64,000 nucleotides of DNA from Octopus vulgaris (lineage: Eukaryota), in NCBI GenBank assembly GCA_951406725.2, contig OX597838.1, forward strand, positions 29,264,001 through 29,328,000. Direction: 5' to 3'. This document shows positions 14,209 to 27,037 of the stretch, piece by piece; position 1 is the first letter of the stretch; each line of letters starts with the position of its first letter. The notes beneath the pieces are model-generated. The model saw only the letters and a program-made list of their open reading frames with translations. It did no database searches and was not told the DNA's origin. The translations under genes and the position numbers were made by a program.

Positions 14209-14935
14209 TATAATAACAAATTAATGAATAAAACATGCATATATACATACATATATGTCCGTACCTACATCTACATGTATATATACATGCATATATGGGT
14301 ACAGGACACCAAAAAAACGTCGAACACAGTGAGAAACGAAAACATAAACACAAAACCAAGGAAATGGACATTTTTCTTAAACGACGAAAAAATAGAGTAC
14401 AGGACATACAACACAAGGAAAATTCCCCTTCTTCGGTCGCCTCCGTTTCATCTACTCTGCGTTTCGAAGGTCAAGGCGACACACGACTTCGTTGAAATAT
14501 TCCTTCCCGCAAAAAGCAAATTAAATAAAATTTGAATCTACTGTTTATATTTTGTACTGTCTTTACTGTCCTGTTTTTGTTACCATTTTTACCCCTCCGC
14601 AAAAAATCTCAATTTTTATTTAATTTGCTTTTTGCGGGAAGAAATGTTTCAACGAAGTCGTGTCTCGCCTTGACCTTCGAAACGCGGAGTAGATGAAACA
14701 GAGGCGACTGAAGAAGGAGAATTTTCCTTGTGTTGTATGTCCTGTACTCTATTTTTTCGTTGTTTAAGCAAAATGTCCATTTCCTTGGTTTTGTGTTTAT
14801 GTTTTCGTTTCTCATTGTGTTCGACGTTTTTTGGTGTCCTGTACCTATATATGCATGTATATATACATGTAGATGTAGGTACGTACATATATGTATGTAT
14901 ATATGCATATGTTTTATTTATTAATTTGTTATTAT
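14209..14935. mobile_element. Inverted pair of an interspersed repeat (about 325-bp arms)
   Basis: 14209-14534 is the reverse complement of 14609-14935; third copy at about 50100-50515. Confidence 0.9.
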
Positions 14936-14996
14936 ATGACGGAAACACGCAACCATTTCTAAGTAAGCTTGTTCTTAATATGTATACATATATGTT

Positions 14997-15029
<33 letters not shown>

Positions 15030-15265
15030 TGTTTTGTTTGTCGAACTGGAGGACACCACTCGCTCCGGATTGAATAGCTACGGGCTTCCGACCCTGTAGT
15101 ATTTTTCTACACCAGCTAAATTAATCATGGTTGATATAACAAGCCCTTACCTAGTAATCTACTATGAGAAAGTGTCTTCTATTATAGTCCCGGACCGAGT
15201 AAATCATTGAGATGAGATGATGTGGTAGATGAGAACTGAAAGAATTCCGTTTTGTATTTATATAT

Positions 15266-15363
<98 letters not shown>

Positions 15364-15374
15364 ATATATATATG

Positions 15375-15413
<39 letters not shown>

Positions 15414-15520
15414 AATATAAAATTAATTAAGGGTAGAAATTGATATTAGTCAATTAAAACCAGTGGTCTAGCATATCAAAAAGAATCCGAAGATTAAAAT
15501 ATTTATATATATCAATTAAT

Positions 15521-15665
15521 GACTGAACACGAAAAGTGGACAGTCAACATGCTAGATATAGACGTTAAATCGCCATTCTCCACAAAGATTATGTTCTCAA
15601 TAATGGAGAATGGCGATTTAACGTCTATATCTAGCATGTTGACTGTCCACTTTTCGTGTTCAGTC
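15521..15665. repeat. Perfect 62-bp inverted repeat with 21-nt spacer
   Basis: 15521-15582 is the exact reverse complement of 15604-15665. Confidence 0.97.
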
Positions 15666-15697
15666 CTTAATTGGTATATATATATATATATATATAC

Positions 15698-15786
<89 letters not shown>

Positions 15787-15904
15787 TACATACATATATT
15801 TACACACACACACATATATATATATACATTTATATACACACATATATATATATACACATACATATATATACACATACATATATATATTTGTATATGTATG
15901 TATA

Positions 15905-16120
15905 TATTTGTATGTCTGGTTTTGTGTTTGTGTTTGTCCACCACCACCACCACTTAAAAACCGGTATTGGTTTGTTAACGTCCCTGTAACTTAGTGGTCC
16001 GGCAAAGCGTCCGATAGAATACGTACCAGGCTTTAGAAAAATAAATACAGGGAACGATTCGTTGTAGTAAAATCCTGTGAGGCGGTGCTCCAGTATGGCC
16101 GCAGTTAAATAGCTAAAAAA
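15905..16120 (+). mobile_element. SINE family C, 3' half
   Basis: gtaacttag..ggcaaa..ccgatagaata; ggcggtgctccagtatggccgcag tail. Confidence 0.75.
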
Positions 16121-16132
16121 TATAAGAAGTGT

Positions 16133-16164
<32 letters not shown>

Positions 16165-16178
16165 CTGTGTGTGTGTGT

Positions 16179-16210
<32 letters not shown>

Positions 16211-16504
16211 ATACCAAATACATCCTTACATAACCTCTCCGGCAGATTCAATTGATTTTGTGTCTGAAGAAAAAGATCGATAACTAATCATTAATAATGT
16301 GTTAGTATCGTTTGCTTGTTTTTTCGTATGTTTCTGTATCTGTGTGTCTGTGTGTCTATGCGTTTGTGTGATCAACCACCTGTTGTTTATGATGTTACAC
16401 TCCAGAATTGATGTAGCCATTTCAGGTAGATGCAGAGATACACACACTCTATCTCCCTCTCCCTGTCTCTCTCTCTCTCAATATATATATATAATTATAC
16501 ATAC

Positions 16505-16555
<51 letters not shown>

Positions 16556-16700
16556 AATTATATATATATATAGATATTATATATATATATATACATATAT
16601 ATATACATATATATATATATGTATATATATATAATATTTATATATATATTATTTAGAGAGAGTGTGTGTGTGTATATATGCATATATACATATATACATG

Positions 16701-16827
<127 letters not shown>

Positions 16828-17171
16828 TCGTAGATGGCTATGCAAAGCTTTCCAACGTTATTGGCTACCTGATGTCATCATACATTGGAAATGCTGCTGC
16901 TACTGGATATGCATCAGTAATTCCATAGTATCCTTAGAGTTTATATCAATAGGTAAAGGAAAGAAAATGCTATGAATGACATTCTTTATTTAACTGACTA
17001 AAATTGTGATAGGGTCTAACGAAGGACTTATTTAAACAATCACCTGGGGAGACGCATTTTACATCTGTTGTACCAATATATTATGGGTGTAAAAATGTGC
17101 CAAAACAATTGTAGCGATTTTAAATAAAGTATTTTGTTCATTCCATTTTCTATCACTTGTCTGTCTGTCTC

Positions 17172-17246
<75 letters not shown>

Positions 17247-18458
17247 GTCCGTCTGTCTATCTGTCTGTCTACTTTTTCTCCCAGTTTATATATATATATA
17301 TATATATGTACATACGCATATATATATACATATATATATATATGCATAAATATACATATATACATATACATATACATATATATACATATATAAACATACA
17401 TATATATACATATCTATTTATAAATTTTTCAGCATTAATAGTATTGACAATGACTTTGAATTTTCGATCTGCTAAGTCCTCGTCGCACTTTTATAATTAT
17501 TCTCCGCATTATATGAATGGGAGAACGACTTGAATTCGAGTGAAGAACGTGTCGGCTCATCGAGATCCGGCATGAGATTTAGCCATACTGGAAGATTATG
17601 AGGAGATTATGGATTAGAAACCCACCCCTAAACTTGACAGAAGTGGTAATCCCCTTTGTATTCCCGATTTTTCTTGTTTCCACGAATGCGAGCTGATGCC
17701 GGTGTTAATAAAGGGCAGAAATCCTTAATGCTTCGTGTGTGGGGAATTGAAATCACCTCAAAGCTTTCTGCCTCGCGGTGAGAAAAGCACGACTCCCTCC
17801 ACATACAGTTAGTGAAAACAAATACATACCCACTTTTTACCTCTGATTCAAACTTCCTGAAACCAAAGACTTCGTCTGGCGATGACGGTCTGATGAAATC
17901 GCCCCTAAATCGCTTTATCGAAGACAAGAAGAAGAATCAAGCACAAACAAAGGGCTATGGGGCATAGTCGATAAATAAAAAATACGTCTCAAAATCAAAT
18001 TCCAAAACTATCAACACTTATATCCTAACAAGAAACCAACTTTTCAAACATTTTCACAACCTTAAAAGAAAAGAAATTACGGAAATGTTCGAACATGTCC
18101 AATAGTCACATACATATGTACGTACTTCCTTTATCAACTTCACTGTTGTTCAGAAGAGCAACCTTGAATTGATTGAGGAAGTAATTAACAAGAAGAACAT
18201 TCTGACATGTGGGGAGAGTTTCGCTGAACACCTCCCCAAAACAACCTCGAACAGAATACTGATACAAACTAATACGAATACGTATCTGAGCTTAAAAGAA
18301 AAATTAATCGTGGATATCGCAGAGTTAAGTAAATATCCACAAAGAAGATTAATAAAGAAGCCTTTCCTCACTCCAGCTCAGGGTTAAAGAACGCTGTTTC
18401 AACAAGCATCTTCGAAAACCAAGGTAAATAGTCTCTTCATTTTCCTTTCTTTAACCTA

Positions 18459-19010
18459 AATGGCTACACTAGAGTAGGTTGTGTAAATGTTCGGTGCCTG
18501 AGTTTACCTTAGAAGTATAGTCACTTGTTCAACGATTACGGGTCGCTCGACACAGATGTGGTAGCCATCAGCGAGACGAGAATTTATAGAATGCACACAC
18601 TAGCGCCAACTTTCGTCTGTCGGGATCGGGTGGTGGGGTGGCAGTGCTATATGGAAAACCCTTATATCTCAAAGTACGGGCTATTCTTTTGGGCCCGGAT
18701 GATAAGTTAGTAGTCCTGGACACGAACGGTGGTGAAGGTGGTGCCTTTAGACTGTTAGTTGTTTATGCCTATATTAGGGGCTGGAAGGCTAGATTTCTTC
18801 AGACGTCTAGAAACATTCTTGGGGATCTTTCGCTCTTTAGTATTAATAGGGGACTTGAATTGTACTTTGGACGCACTGAACGACTGTGTAGTGCTAGCAC
18901 ATATCAGAAAGGGGTGCAAATATCTCGGAAACCTACACGGAAACTTCCAACTACCTAACAGGTGTCTACTGGATTCCCCTAGTATGCAAGTGTGGACATG
19001 GGGTAACAAC
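18459..19010 (+). pseudogene. L1/Tx1-clade LINE ORF2 AP-endonuclease remnant (possible ORF1 remnant upstream, about 17600-18400)
   Basis: Frameshifted GCVNVR..DVVAISETR..GVAVL..FRLLVVYA/P..LVLIGDLNCTLD..VWTW, the APE motif order. Confidence 0.85.
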
Positions 19011-19579
19011 ATAGAGTTATGTCAAGCAGCTGCTGTCGCGAGTGAGACGGACCCAGCCATCGATCGAGTCCATAGTGTTGGTTGTCTACCACCCTCCTGT
19101 AAGCAGTCAAGTAAGGCAGTTTTCCTTTGACATTAGGTGCCGTAGTTTCCATCTAACTAGGAATATTAGGGTCTCAATCATTGTCTTGTCTTCAAGATCT
19201 TCTGCATGACATCCTGATAGTTCAAACCCAGGAATCTGATCTGTTAGGTCCTGCCGCTAACTAAATCCACGCCCTGCACCCATCGACCTGTCTGGCCGAG
19301 TGAGACCAGCCTGAAGATTTCTCTCCCTCTAGCATAGCTTTCCGAGTCAATGGAGCACACAGGCACTTCACCGCGACAAGGTACTTGGCCGTTGACTACA
19401 CAGAAGTTCTTCCACCCTTTGACGGGTCTTATTTTGCGTCCTTCAGGGTGTCCAACAACCACCTTCCTCACCAAGCAAGCTTGATGAGATTGCCAGTTTA
19501 GTCGCCGACGATCCGACCATGCGAAAGATTGTACTGGGTTACATGTTTCCAGTAGCGCTCAAGGACGACCTAGATGAGA

Positions 19580-19639
<60 letters not shown>

Positions 19640-20692
19640 CATTATTATTATTATTATTATTACTTATATGGTACTGTGCATAGAATTGTGACACCCAACT
19701 TAGCCCTCCCTCCATATTTTCACCAACCACTTCTTATAGTTAACTAACACCTCCTTCCATATAATTATCAACTAAACACGGCTACTCAAATTAGATATTT
19801 TGTAAAATATTTGTTGGTTTTGTTCTACCTTAAATTATTCTCTCAAACCTTAATTGAAATCTTATTGTAAAACTCGATTATTTGAAGAATAATTAAATTT
19901 GTAATGCTAGAAATTTAGTAAAAATATTTACTGCAGGCATTTAACACAGCATATAATTTGGAAATTGAGGAAAACCTTATTATAACACTAATTTAATAAT
20001 AGAAATTAATTTGAATATTTTACACTGTAGCACATGTTTTAAAAATTTTTCTCTGGAAATTAAAATTAAAATGAATAATTTAATTGGTTTTCTTACCCTG
20101 TTTTTGAAAATAATCATTTACATGTGACAATGGGTAAACTAGATATAATGTCTGATGAAAGAGTTTCGAGAATTATTTCTCTCATCAGATGAAATCTAAA
20201 ACCATAGAATTCTTTTTTGACTTATAGTATAAGACTAGCAGTCACGCGAAGTTAGATATAAAACTATCTCGGAACAGATAAATGTACTGAAAAACAGATT
20301 CCTTTTATATCCAACGTGATGTAACAACTTTTAGAGAAGTTATTTCCATGTGCTTAACTGAGAATACGAAATTGCCAAAAGCATACATGCGGGATAACGA
20401 GACATCTGAATAGTCCACACAATACAACATAATTAGTCCTAACAAGGTATTTTTTTCATCAAAATTATCAACAAAGGATCGCATACGTTATGAATTATTT
20501 GTATCTATGACATTAAGTTCGTGCAGTGGAAGAATAACTGGGAAATAAGCGTCATCTTCAGCCACAGAGTTGTTTTGATCCCTGTATGTCTCTTCAGGCA
20601 ACGTAATCTTATATATGTATTTTGTGCGTACACACATGCACACGCACACACACGCACATATGCACACACACACTCACACACACACACACATA

Positions 20693-21205
20693 TCTATATA
20701 TATAAAACTCAACTTGTGTGTCTGTGTGTGTATCAGTGTGTGTGTCTGTGTGTTTAACTTCCCGGCACATCTCCTCCTAGCCAACAAATCGTAGAACCAC
20801 CAAAAATGGGTCACTTAAAGTTTAGGCGAATGAAAATTGAACTGCGCTATTTCTGTTCCGAAATTCATCTCGCAAGTGCAAAAATCGATAATGTGTTTGT
20901 TTAGGCCTTATCCCATGCATTGAATAGTGAACTTTACTCAGTCAGCTGTTTGACGTGAACTGTGTTCACCACGCGTGCAAGCATGCGTAAATTGCATGAA
21001 AAATAAATAAAAAAAACAAGATATAAAAACGAATCGCCGTAAACATTGTAGAAATTCGGCAAAGAAATGAATTTTCGGGATATAGCATGGAGGGTTTTTT
21101 CGTATTAATCGTTTGGACTTTGTGAACACATACCAATTGTTTTCATAACATTTTTAACGCTTTGAATTAAATGTGACCATTTTGCAAAGCCGGGCAATAC
21201 TGCTA

Positions 21206-21206
<1 letters not shown>
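20693..21206 (+). mobile_element. Non-autonomous Helitron-like element
   Basis: A|TCTATATATATAAAAC start, subterminal (TG/TCTG)n, end gccgggcaatactgCTAG|T. Ends match 38970-39339. Confidence 0.7.
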
Positions 21207-21261
<55 letters not shown>

Positions 21262-21483
21262 GTACATGTATGTATACTTATATATATACAAAGGCACATC
21301 TTTGTTAACGGTTGTTTCTGATACTTATCTCGCTGTATTGTGTGTTCGTTTCTTTTTTGCATCTGTGATTTTATTTTTGATCTTTTACATAAATGAAGAT
21401 ATTTCCTTCGTTTCGCTGCTTTTCTGTCTACGAAATAAGAGGCTACATTGCGGAACAATTATTTTAGCGAGTTGAATCTATTT

Positions 21484-21583
21484 ATCACCTGATGAATCTA
21501 GACCGTCGGATGCTCCTGAACCAGCTGTTGATGTCCCACCCATGAGGGATCGATGCTAGGCGTGTCGAAACGATTGTCGTGAT
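21484..21583 (+). ncRNA. Type I hammerhead-ribozyme-like motif (Penelope-type)
   Basis: atcac-CTGATGA-[long imperfect stem II]-GAAA-cgattGTC-gtgat; stem I atcac/gtgat closes the core. Confidence 0.55.
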
Positions 21584-21636
21584 TAATAATAAATTCTCCT
21601 ATATTCCATCTTCCGTCTATCATTTACCATACACAC

Positions 21637-21771
<135 letters not shown>

Positions 21772-22144
21772 GCCGACTCGCCGCTTGTAGTGGAAAAACA
21801 GTTTTAGTAAAGTCTAATGCACCACTTATAGACTGAGCAACCATCAGCTCTTTATCGTTCGCTGCTTCAGGTTAATAAGAGATCGAACATCAAGACGAAA
21901 TCGATAAAATACGCTGTTTTCTCTCTTAATTATTGAAATTGCTGCTTTGTTGTTGTTGAGATTGAATTTTCTTCCTACTTGCTGTTGATTAGGACAATGA
22001 TGATAGTACTGGTGTTAGCGATGATGGCTATAGTGGTGATGATGATTGTAGTGGTGGTGGTGGTGGTGGTGGTGGTGGTGGTTGTGGTTGTGGTGGTGGT
22101 GGTGGAAGTTGTGTTGTTGTATCTTTGTATGCATACATGAATAT

Positions 22145-22460
22145 TGTTCTATATTTAAGAGATGAGGAATTATGTACATTATTTACATTTGTCTTGGAGA
22201 AATTTCGAACCTGGGTTCTCATTCCTAAGGTATTTGTCGAAGTTATTATTATTATTATCATTATTATTCAGGTCACTGCTTGGAATCGAACTCGGAATCT
22301 TAGACTTAGTAGCCCGCGCTCTTAACTACTACGCCATATACCCTGATGAAGGCTGGAGGGTATATATATCAGCCGAAACGTTGTGTTAACAATAAACAAG
22401 ATGAGGACAAATATCCGTCAAATATAAATAATACAAGCAATGTAAATAATGTACATAAAT
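22145..22460. mobile_element. Composite element: inverted ends, minus-strand tRNA-like SINE head and hammerhead core
   Basis: 20-bp inverted repeat 22170-22189 / 22439-22458; CTGATGAaGGCTG..CAGCCGAAACGTT at 22343-22382. Confidence 0.65.
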
Positions 22461-22711
22461 ATTGTTATATGACATATATATGCATACATATACAGATGAG
22501 TATATATAAAATATATTGGCCTATATAATAAATATAAATACGTGTGTGTATGAATGTATCTCAATTAAATGTTTTATATAAAAACAAATGTACATTAAGC
22601 TAAAAGATTACTCAAAACTTTTCAAGAGCAATAACATATTATTTCGAGACTGTAGTGAAAATAATACACACATAGATAGACGCATGCGCACACGCCACAC
22701 ATGCGTATATA

Positions 22712-23625
22712 CAGTGCAGTGCAAAAGTCTTTGGCCACTTTAAACTATTGTAAATTTATACTAATTGCCCACTTGTAAGTGGATGTTTCCCATTGTGTTT
22801 TTTACAGATGAAACATTGGCCCTGTTAGAGTCATTTCCGTACCTAATCTTTATATTTTTTGTAGTAGGGGTTCTGAATGAGAGGGGAAGATGCGAGATGA
22901 CCACCAAAAATGGTCATGCAAAAGTTTTCAGCCACCTCACACAAACCAATCAAGATATACAGTGTTTTAAAACAGAAAAATGTCTAAAATGAAAATTTGT
23001 TACATAATGTTCATTTCAAGAAGTTACTGTACATTGTTAATATTTCGTGTGGCTTCCCTTAGCTTGAATAATTGCTTCAATGCACCTGGGAAGCGATGCA
23101 TACAAATCCTGCACCATCTTCACAGGTATGAGATGCCATTCTCTGTGGCTGAGCTCCCACAACTCTTCAAGATTGAATGGACTCTTCTGACGAACTCTTC
23201 TCTTTAGTTCTGTCCACATTTGCTCGATGATATTTAAGTCAGGGCTCTGAGCTGGCCAATCTTTCAATACGGTAACACCTTCATCAGCCAGACTCTCTTG
23301 TGTTGCACATAATCTGTGGCATGGGGCTCCGTCAGGCTGAAAAATCTCACCTTCATCCAAGTCTGGTATCAAATTGTCCATCAGCAACTGTATGTATTTG
23401 GCACGATTCAAGTTACCATCAATTCTGACCGACTTTCTTGAACCATCACTTTTTATGTATCCTCAAAGCATCAGACTCTTACCCCCAAAACTTCACTGTT
23501 TTCATCGTGTATCGTGAGTCGTTTCACTTTCCTGGAGGTCTTCCGACAAATTCTTGCTTATTAGAAAGCGAAATGACCCATGTTAGACGACGAAAACAGT
23601 GAAGTTTTGGAGCAAGAGTCTGATG
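22712..23625 (-). mobile_element. Tc1-family DNA transposon, 5'-truncated, transposase pseudogene
   Basis: TA|CAGTGCAGTGCAAAAGT TIR at 22712; ORF 23037-23411 FQPDGAPCH..WPAQSPDLNIIEQMW..LPRCIEAIIQAKGSHTKY; broken TVKF-GGKSLML*GYI upstream. Confidence 0.92.
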
Positions 23626-23666
23626 TACCCACACACGCACACGCACGCACACACACACATACGCAT

Positions 23667-23710
<44 letters not shown>

Positions 23711-23714
<4 letters not shown>

Positions 23715-24130
23715 GCTGTGTGGTAAGTAGCTTGTTTACCAACCACATGGTTCCGGGTTCAGTCCCACTGCGTGGCACCTTGGGCAAGTTTCTTCTGCTA
23801 TAGCCTCGGGCCGACCAAAGCCTTGTGAGTGGATTTGGTAGACGGAAACTGAAAGAAGCCCGTCGTATATATGTATATATATATATATATGTGTGCGTGT
23901 ATGCTTGTATGTCTGTGTTTGTCCCCCTAGCATTGCTTGACAACCGATGCTGGTGTGTTTATGTCCCCGTCACTTAGCGGTTCGGCAAAAGAGACCGATA
24001 GAATAAGTACTGGGCTTACAAATAATAAGTCCCGGGGTCGAGTTGCTCGACTAAAGGCGGTGCTCCAGCATGGCCGCAGTCAAATGACTGAAACAAGTAA
24101 AAGAGTAAAAGAGTAAAAGAGTAAAGAGTA
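23711..24130 (+). mobile_element. SINE family C, near full length
   Basis: tggctgtgtggtaag A-box, gggttcagtcc B-box, caccttgggcaagt, internal (TA)(TG)n, tail ggcggtgctccagcatggccgcagtcaaatgactgaaac(aagagta)n. Confidence 0.92.
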
Positions 24131-24165
<35 letters not shown>

Positions 24166-24959
24166 TGTATGTATGTATGTATGTATGTATGTATGTATGT
24201 ATATGTATATATATGTATATATATGAATGTATGTTTGTACGCAGGTATTTTATGTATGCATTTATATACTTATCAGCATTTTTTTGTTGTCCACATTCCA
24301 TTAACAGTCCAGAGTTCGTCTAGTCCTAGCGGCTGTTTTAATTCAAAGACTTTAACGGTTATACAACGACCATAAAACTATAAAACAGTTATGAAAAGAC
24401 GCGTGTTGTTACAAAATACCAACGCTCGTAAAAGCAAGACTTTTTACATAAATGTTATTTAGATAGACAATTAAATGAGTTATGTGTTATAGAAAATATT
24501 TTATACTTCATTCATGTGAATTACGGTTCTGCTTTGTACGTCAGACTAAATAGATTAGATAACGGCTCAGTGGGAGTGAGATATAAAGAGAAAATAAACC
24601 ATACTTGTTGCTTTTTACGAGTAAAATGGCAGAAAATTAAAAACTGCTGTTGTTATCATTTTAGTCTGAACATGAGTAATGTATTTGATTAGCGTAAAAG
24701 GGTGTATCTTGGAAGTTACCGTGTTTGGTTTGTGACTGTACGGATATGGGTTCGATTATTGGATTAACCTGGTTTCAATAATACTCCGCAGACTGGCTTC
24801 TGCTGCTATTTTAGTTTATTTTAATTTCTTTTTTCTTTTTTTGACAGTTGATTAGACTGAAGCAACGTCGAATGAAGTGCAATACTTTGAGACACCTAGC
24901 GCCACCTGGCTCAGATTTTACTACTCATAATGATGATATTAATTATGATATTAATAATC

Positions 24960-25174
24960 CTTTCCATTATAGGCACAAGGCCTGGAATTGGGGTGAGGGG
25001 GAAGGATAGTCGATTACATCGACCCCAGTATTCAACTGGTACATAATTTATCGACCCCCGAAGGGATGAAAGGCAAAGTGGACCTCAGTGGAATTTGAAC
25101 TCAGAACGTAAGAGCAGACGAAATACCGCTAAGCATTTCGCCCGGCACGCTAATGATTCTGCCAGCTCGCTGCC

Positions 25175-25176
<2 letters not shown>
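24960..25176 (-). mobile_element. SINE family A, monomer
   Basis: Head, body and tail homologous to 439-834 without the spacer module. Confidence 0.88.
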
Positions 25177-25223
<47 letters not shown>

Positions 25224-25225
<2 letters not shown>

Positions 25226-25595
25226 GCCCTGAATGAATATAAGAGACATCACGACAATGTAGTCAGGCTTGTCCATTGGACACCTGCAACAGGTATGGAC
25301 TTGACAGAGCAAAAAATTGGTACGACCACAAACCTGAAGGCATCGTCGAAAATAGAAATGCAAAGATCCTGTGGGATTTTATGATTCAGTGCGACCATGA
25401 GATAGAGAATAGGGAGCCGGGCATAGTTTTAATTAAGAAAGAAGGCAAACTATGCTGGATCATAGATATAGCATGCCCAGCTGACAACAAGGTATGCGAT
25501 AAGGAAGAAAGAAAAGTTGAGAGATATGGCAAGTTGGCTTGGGAAGTTAAGCAGTTGTGGTCACTGTAAAAGGTAGTAGTAGTACCAATAATTGT
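25224..25595 (+). pseudogene. R4/Dong-clade (RLE-type) non-LTR retrotransposon fragment
   Basis: EYKRHHDNV..WYDHKPEGIVEN..KILWDFMIQCDHEI..IIDIACP..KVERY..QLW..VVVVPIIV, a restriction-like endonuclease region. Abuts (TAA)n and runs into the gap. Confidence 0.85.
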
Positions 25596-25695
25596 NNNNN
25601 NNNNNNNNNNNNNNNNNNNNNNNNNNNNNNNNNNNNNNNNNNNNNNNNNNNNNNNNNNNNNNNNNNNNNNNNNNNNNNNNNNNNNNNNNNNNNNN
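25596..25695. other. Assembly gap (100 N)
   Basis: Run of N. Confidence 1.
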
Positions 25696-25715
25696 TACTG
25701 CTACTACTACTGTTG

Positions 25716-25782
<67 letters not shown>

Positions 25783-25823
25783 CACAACTACTCTTATTAC
25801 TACTACCACCATTACTTCTACAG

Positions 25824-25859
<36 letters not shown>

Positions 25860-25927
25860 TTACTACTACTCTACAGCTACCACCACAACTACTACTACTA
25901 CTACCACTACTATTACTCCTCCACCAC

Positions 25928-25959
<32 letters not shown>

Positions 25960-26290
25960 GCTACTGCTACTACTACTGTTGCCGCTGCTACCACAACTGC
26001 TGATACTACTACTACTATTATTATTACTACCAAAACAACTACTGCTGCTGCTGCTACCACTAATGCTGTTACTACTACTACTACCACTACTGCTGCTGCT
26101 ACTGCTACTACTACCACTACTGCTGCTGCTACTGCTGCTACTACTACTGCTGCTACTGCTGTTACTACCACTACTGCTACTACTACTACTACTAGTACTA
26201 CTACTACTACTACAGCTGCAGCTACAACTACTGTTATTACTACTACTGCCACCATTACTTCTATACCTACCACTACTACTACTACTACTG
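25696..26290. repeat. (CTA/CTG)n microsatellite
   Basis: Direct inspection. Confidence 0.95.
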
Positions 26291-26349
26291 ATTAACCGAT
26301 CCAGTAACAACGTTCACCACCACCAACAACAACAGCAATAATGATAACC

Positions 26350-26568
26350 TTTTTACTAAAGGCACAAGGTCTGGAATTTAGGGGAAAGTGGTCAGTCGAT
26401 TATATCGACCCCAGTTCATAACTGGTACTTATTTTATCGACCACGAAAAAAAAAAAATCAACGGTAAAGTCGACCTCGGCAGAATTTGAACTCAGAACGT
26501 AAGAACAGACAAAATACTGTTACGCATTTTTGCCCGGTGCGCTAACGACTCTGCCAGCACGCCGCCTT
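26350..26568 (-). mobile_element. SINE family A, monomer
   Basis: Homology to other family A copies. Confidence 0.85.
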
Positions 26569-26659
26569 AACACTGCGAACCGAAGAGACGACGGACTAAC
26601 CACTCTATGTGTTTTCTCGACAAGTCAAAAGTAATAGTCTAATCTCACACATACAGGAA

Positions 26660-27037
26660 GCACTCCGTCGGTTACGACGACGAGGGTTCCGGTTGATCCA
26701 ATCAACGGAACAGCCTGCTCGTGAAATTAACGTGTAAGTGGCTGAGCACTCCACAGACACGTGTACCCTTAACGTTGTTCTCGGGGATATTCAGCGTGAC
26801 ACAGAGAGTGACAAGGCCGGCCCTTTGAAATACAAGGTACAACAGAAACAGGAAGAAAGAGTGAGAGAAAGTTGTGGTGAAAGAGTACAGCAGGGATCAC
26901 CACCATCCCCTGCCAGAGCCTCGTGGAGCTTTTAGGTGTTTTCGCTCAATAAACACTCACAACGCCCGGTCTGGGAGTCGAAACCGCGATCCTATGACCG
27001 CGAGTCCGCTGCCCTAACCACTGGGCCATTGCGCCTC
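26660..27037 (-). mobile_element. tRNA-derived SINE family D (distinct central region, tail X)
   Basis: gaggcgcaatggcccagtggttagggca A-box, ggtttcgactccc B-box; 3' ~190 bp shared with 1880-2203. Confidence 0.88.

Noticed and set aside
26960-27037. tRNA gene
   Set aside because: Has A/B boxes but continues into a SINE body; no proper acceptor stem. The same applies to the other SINE heads.
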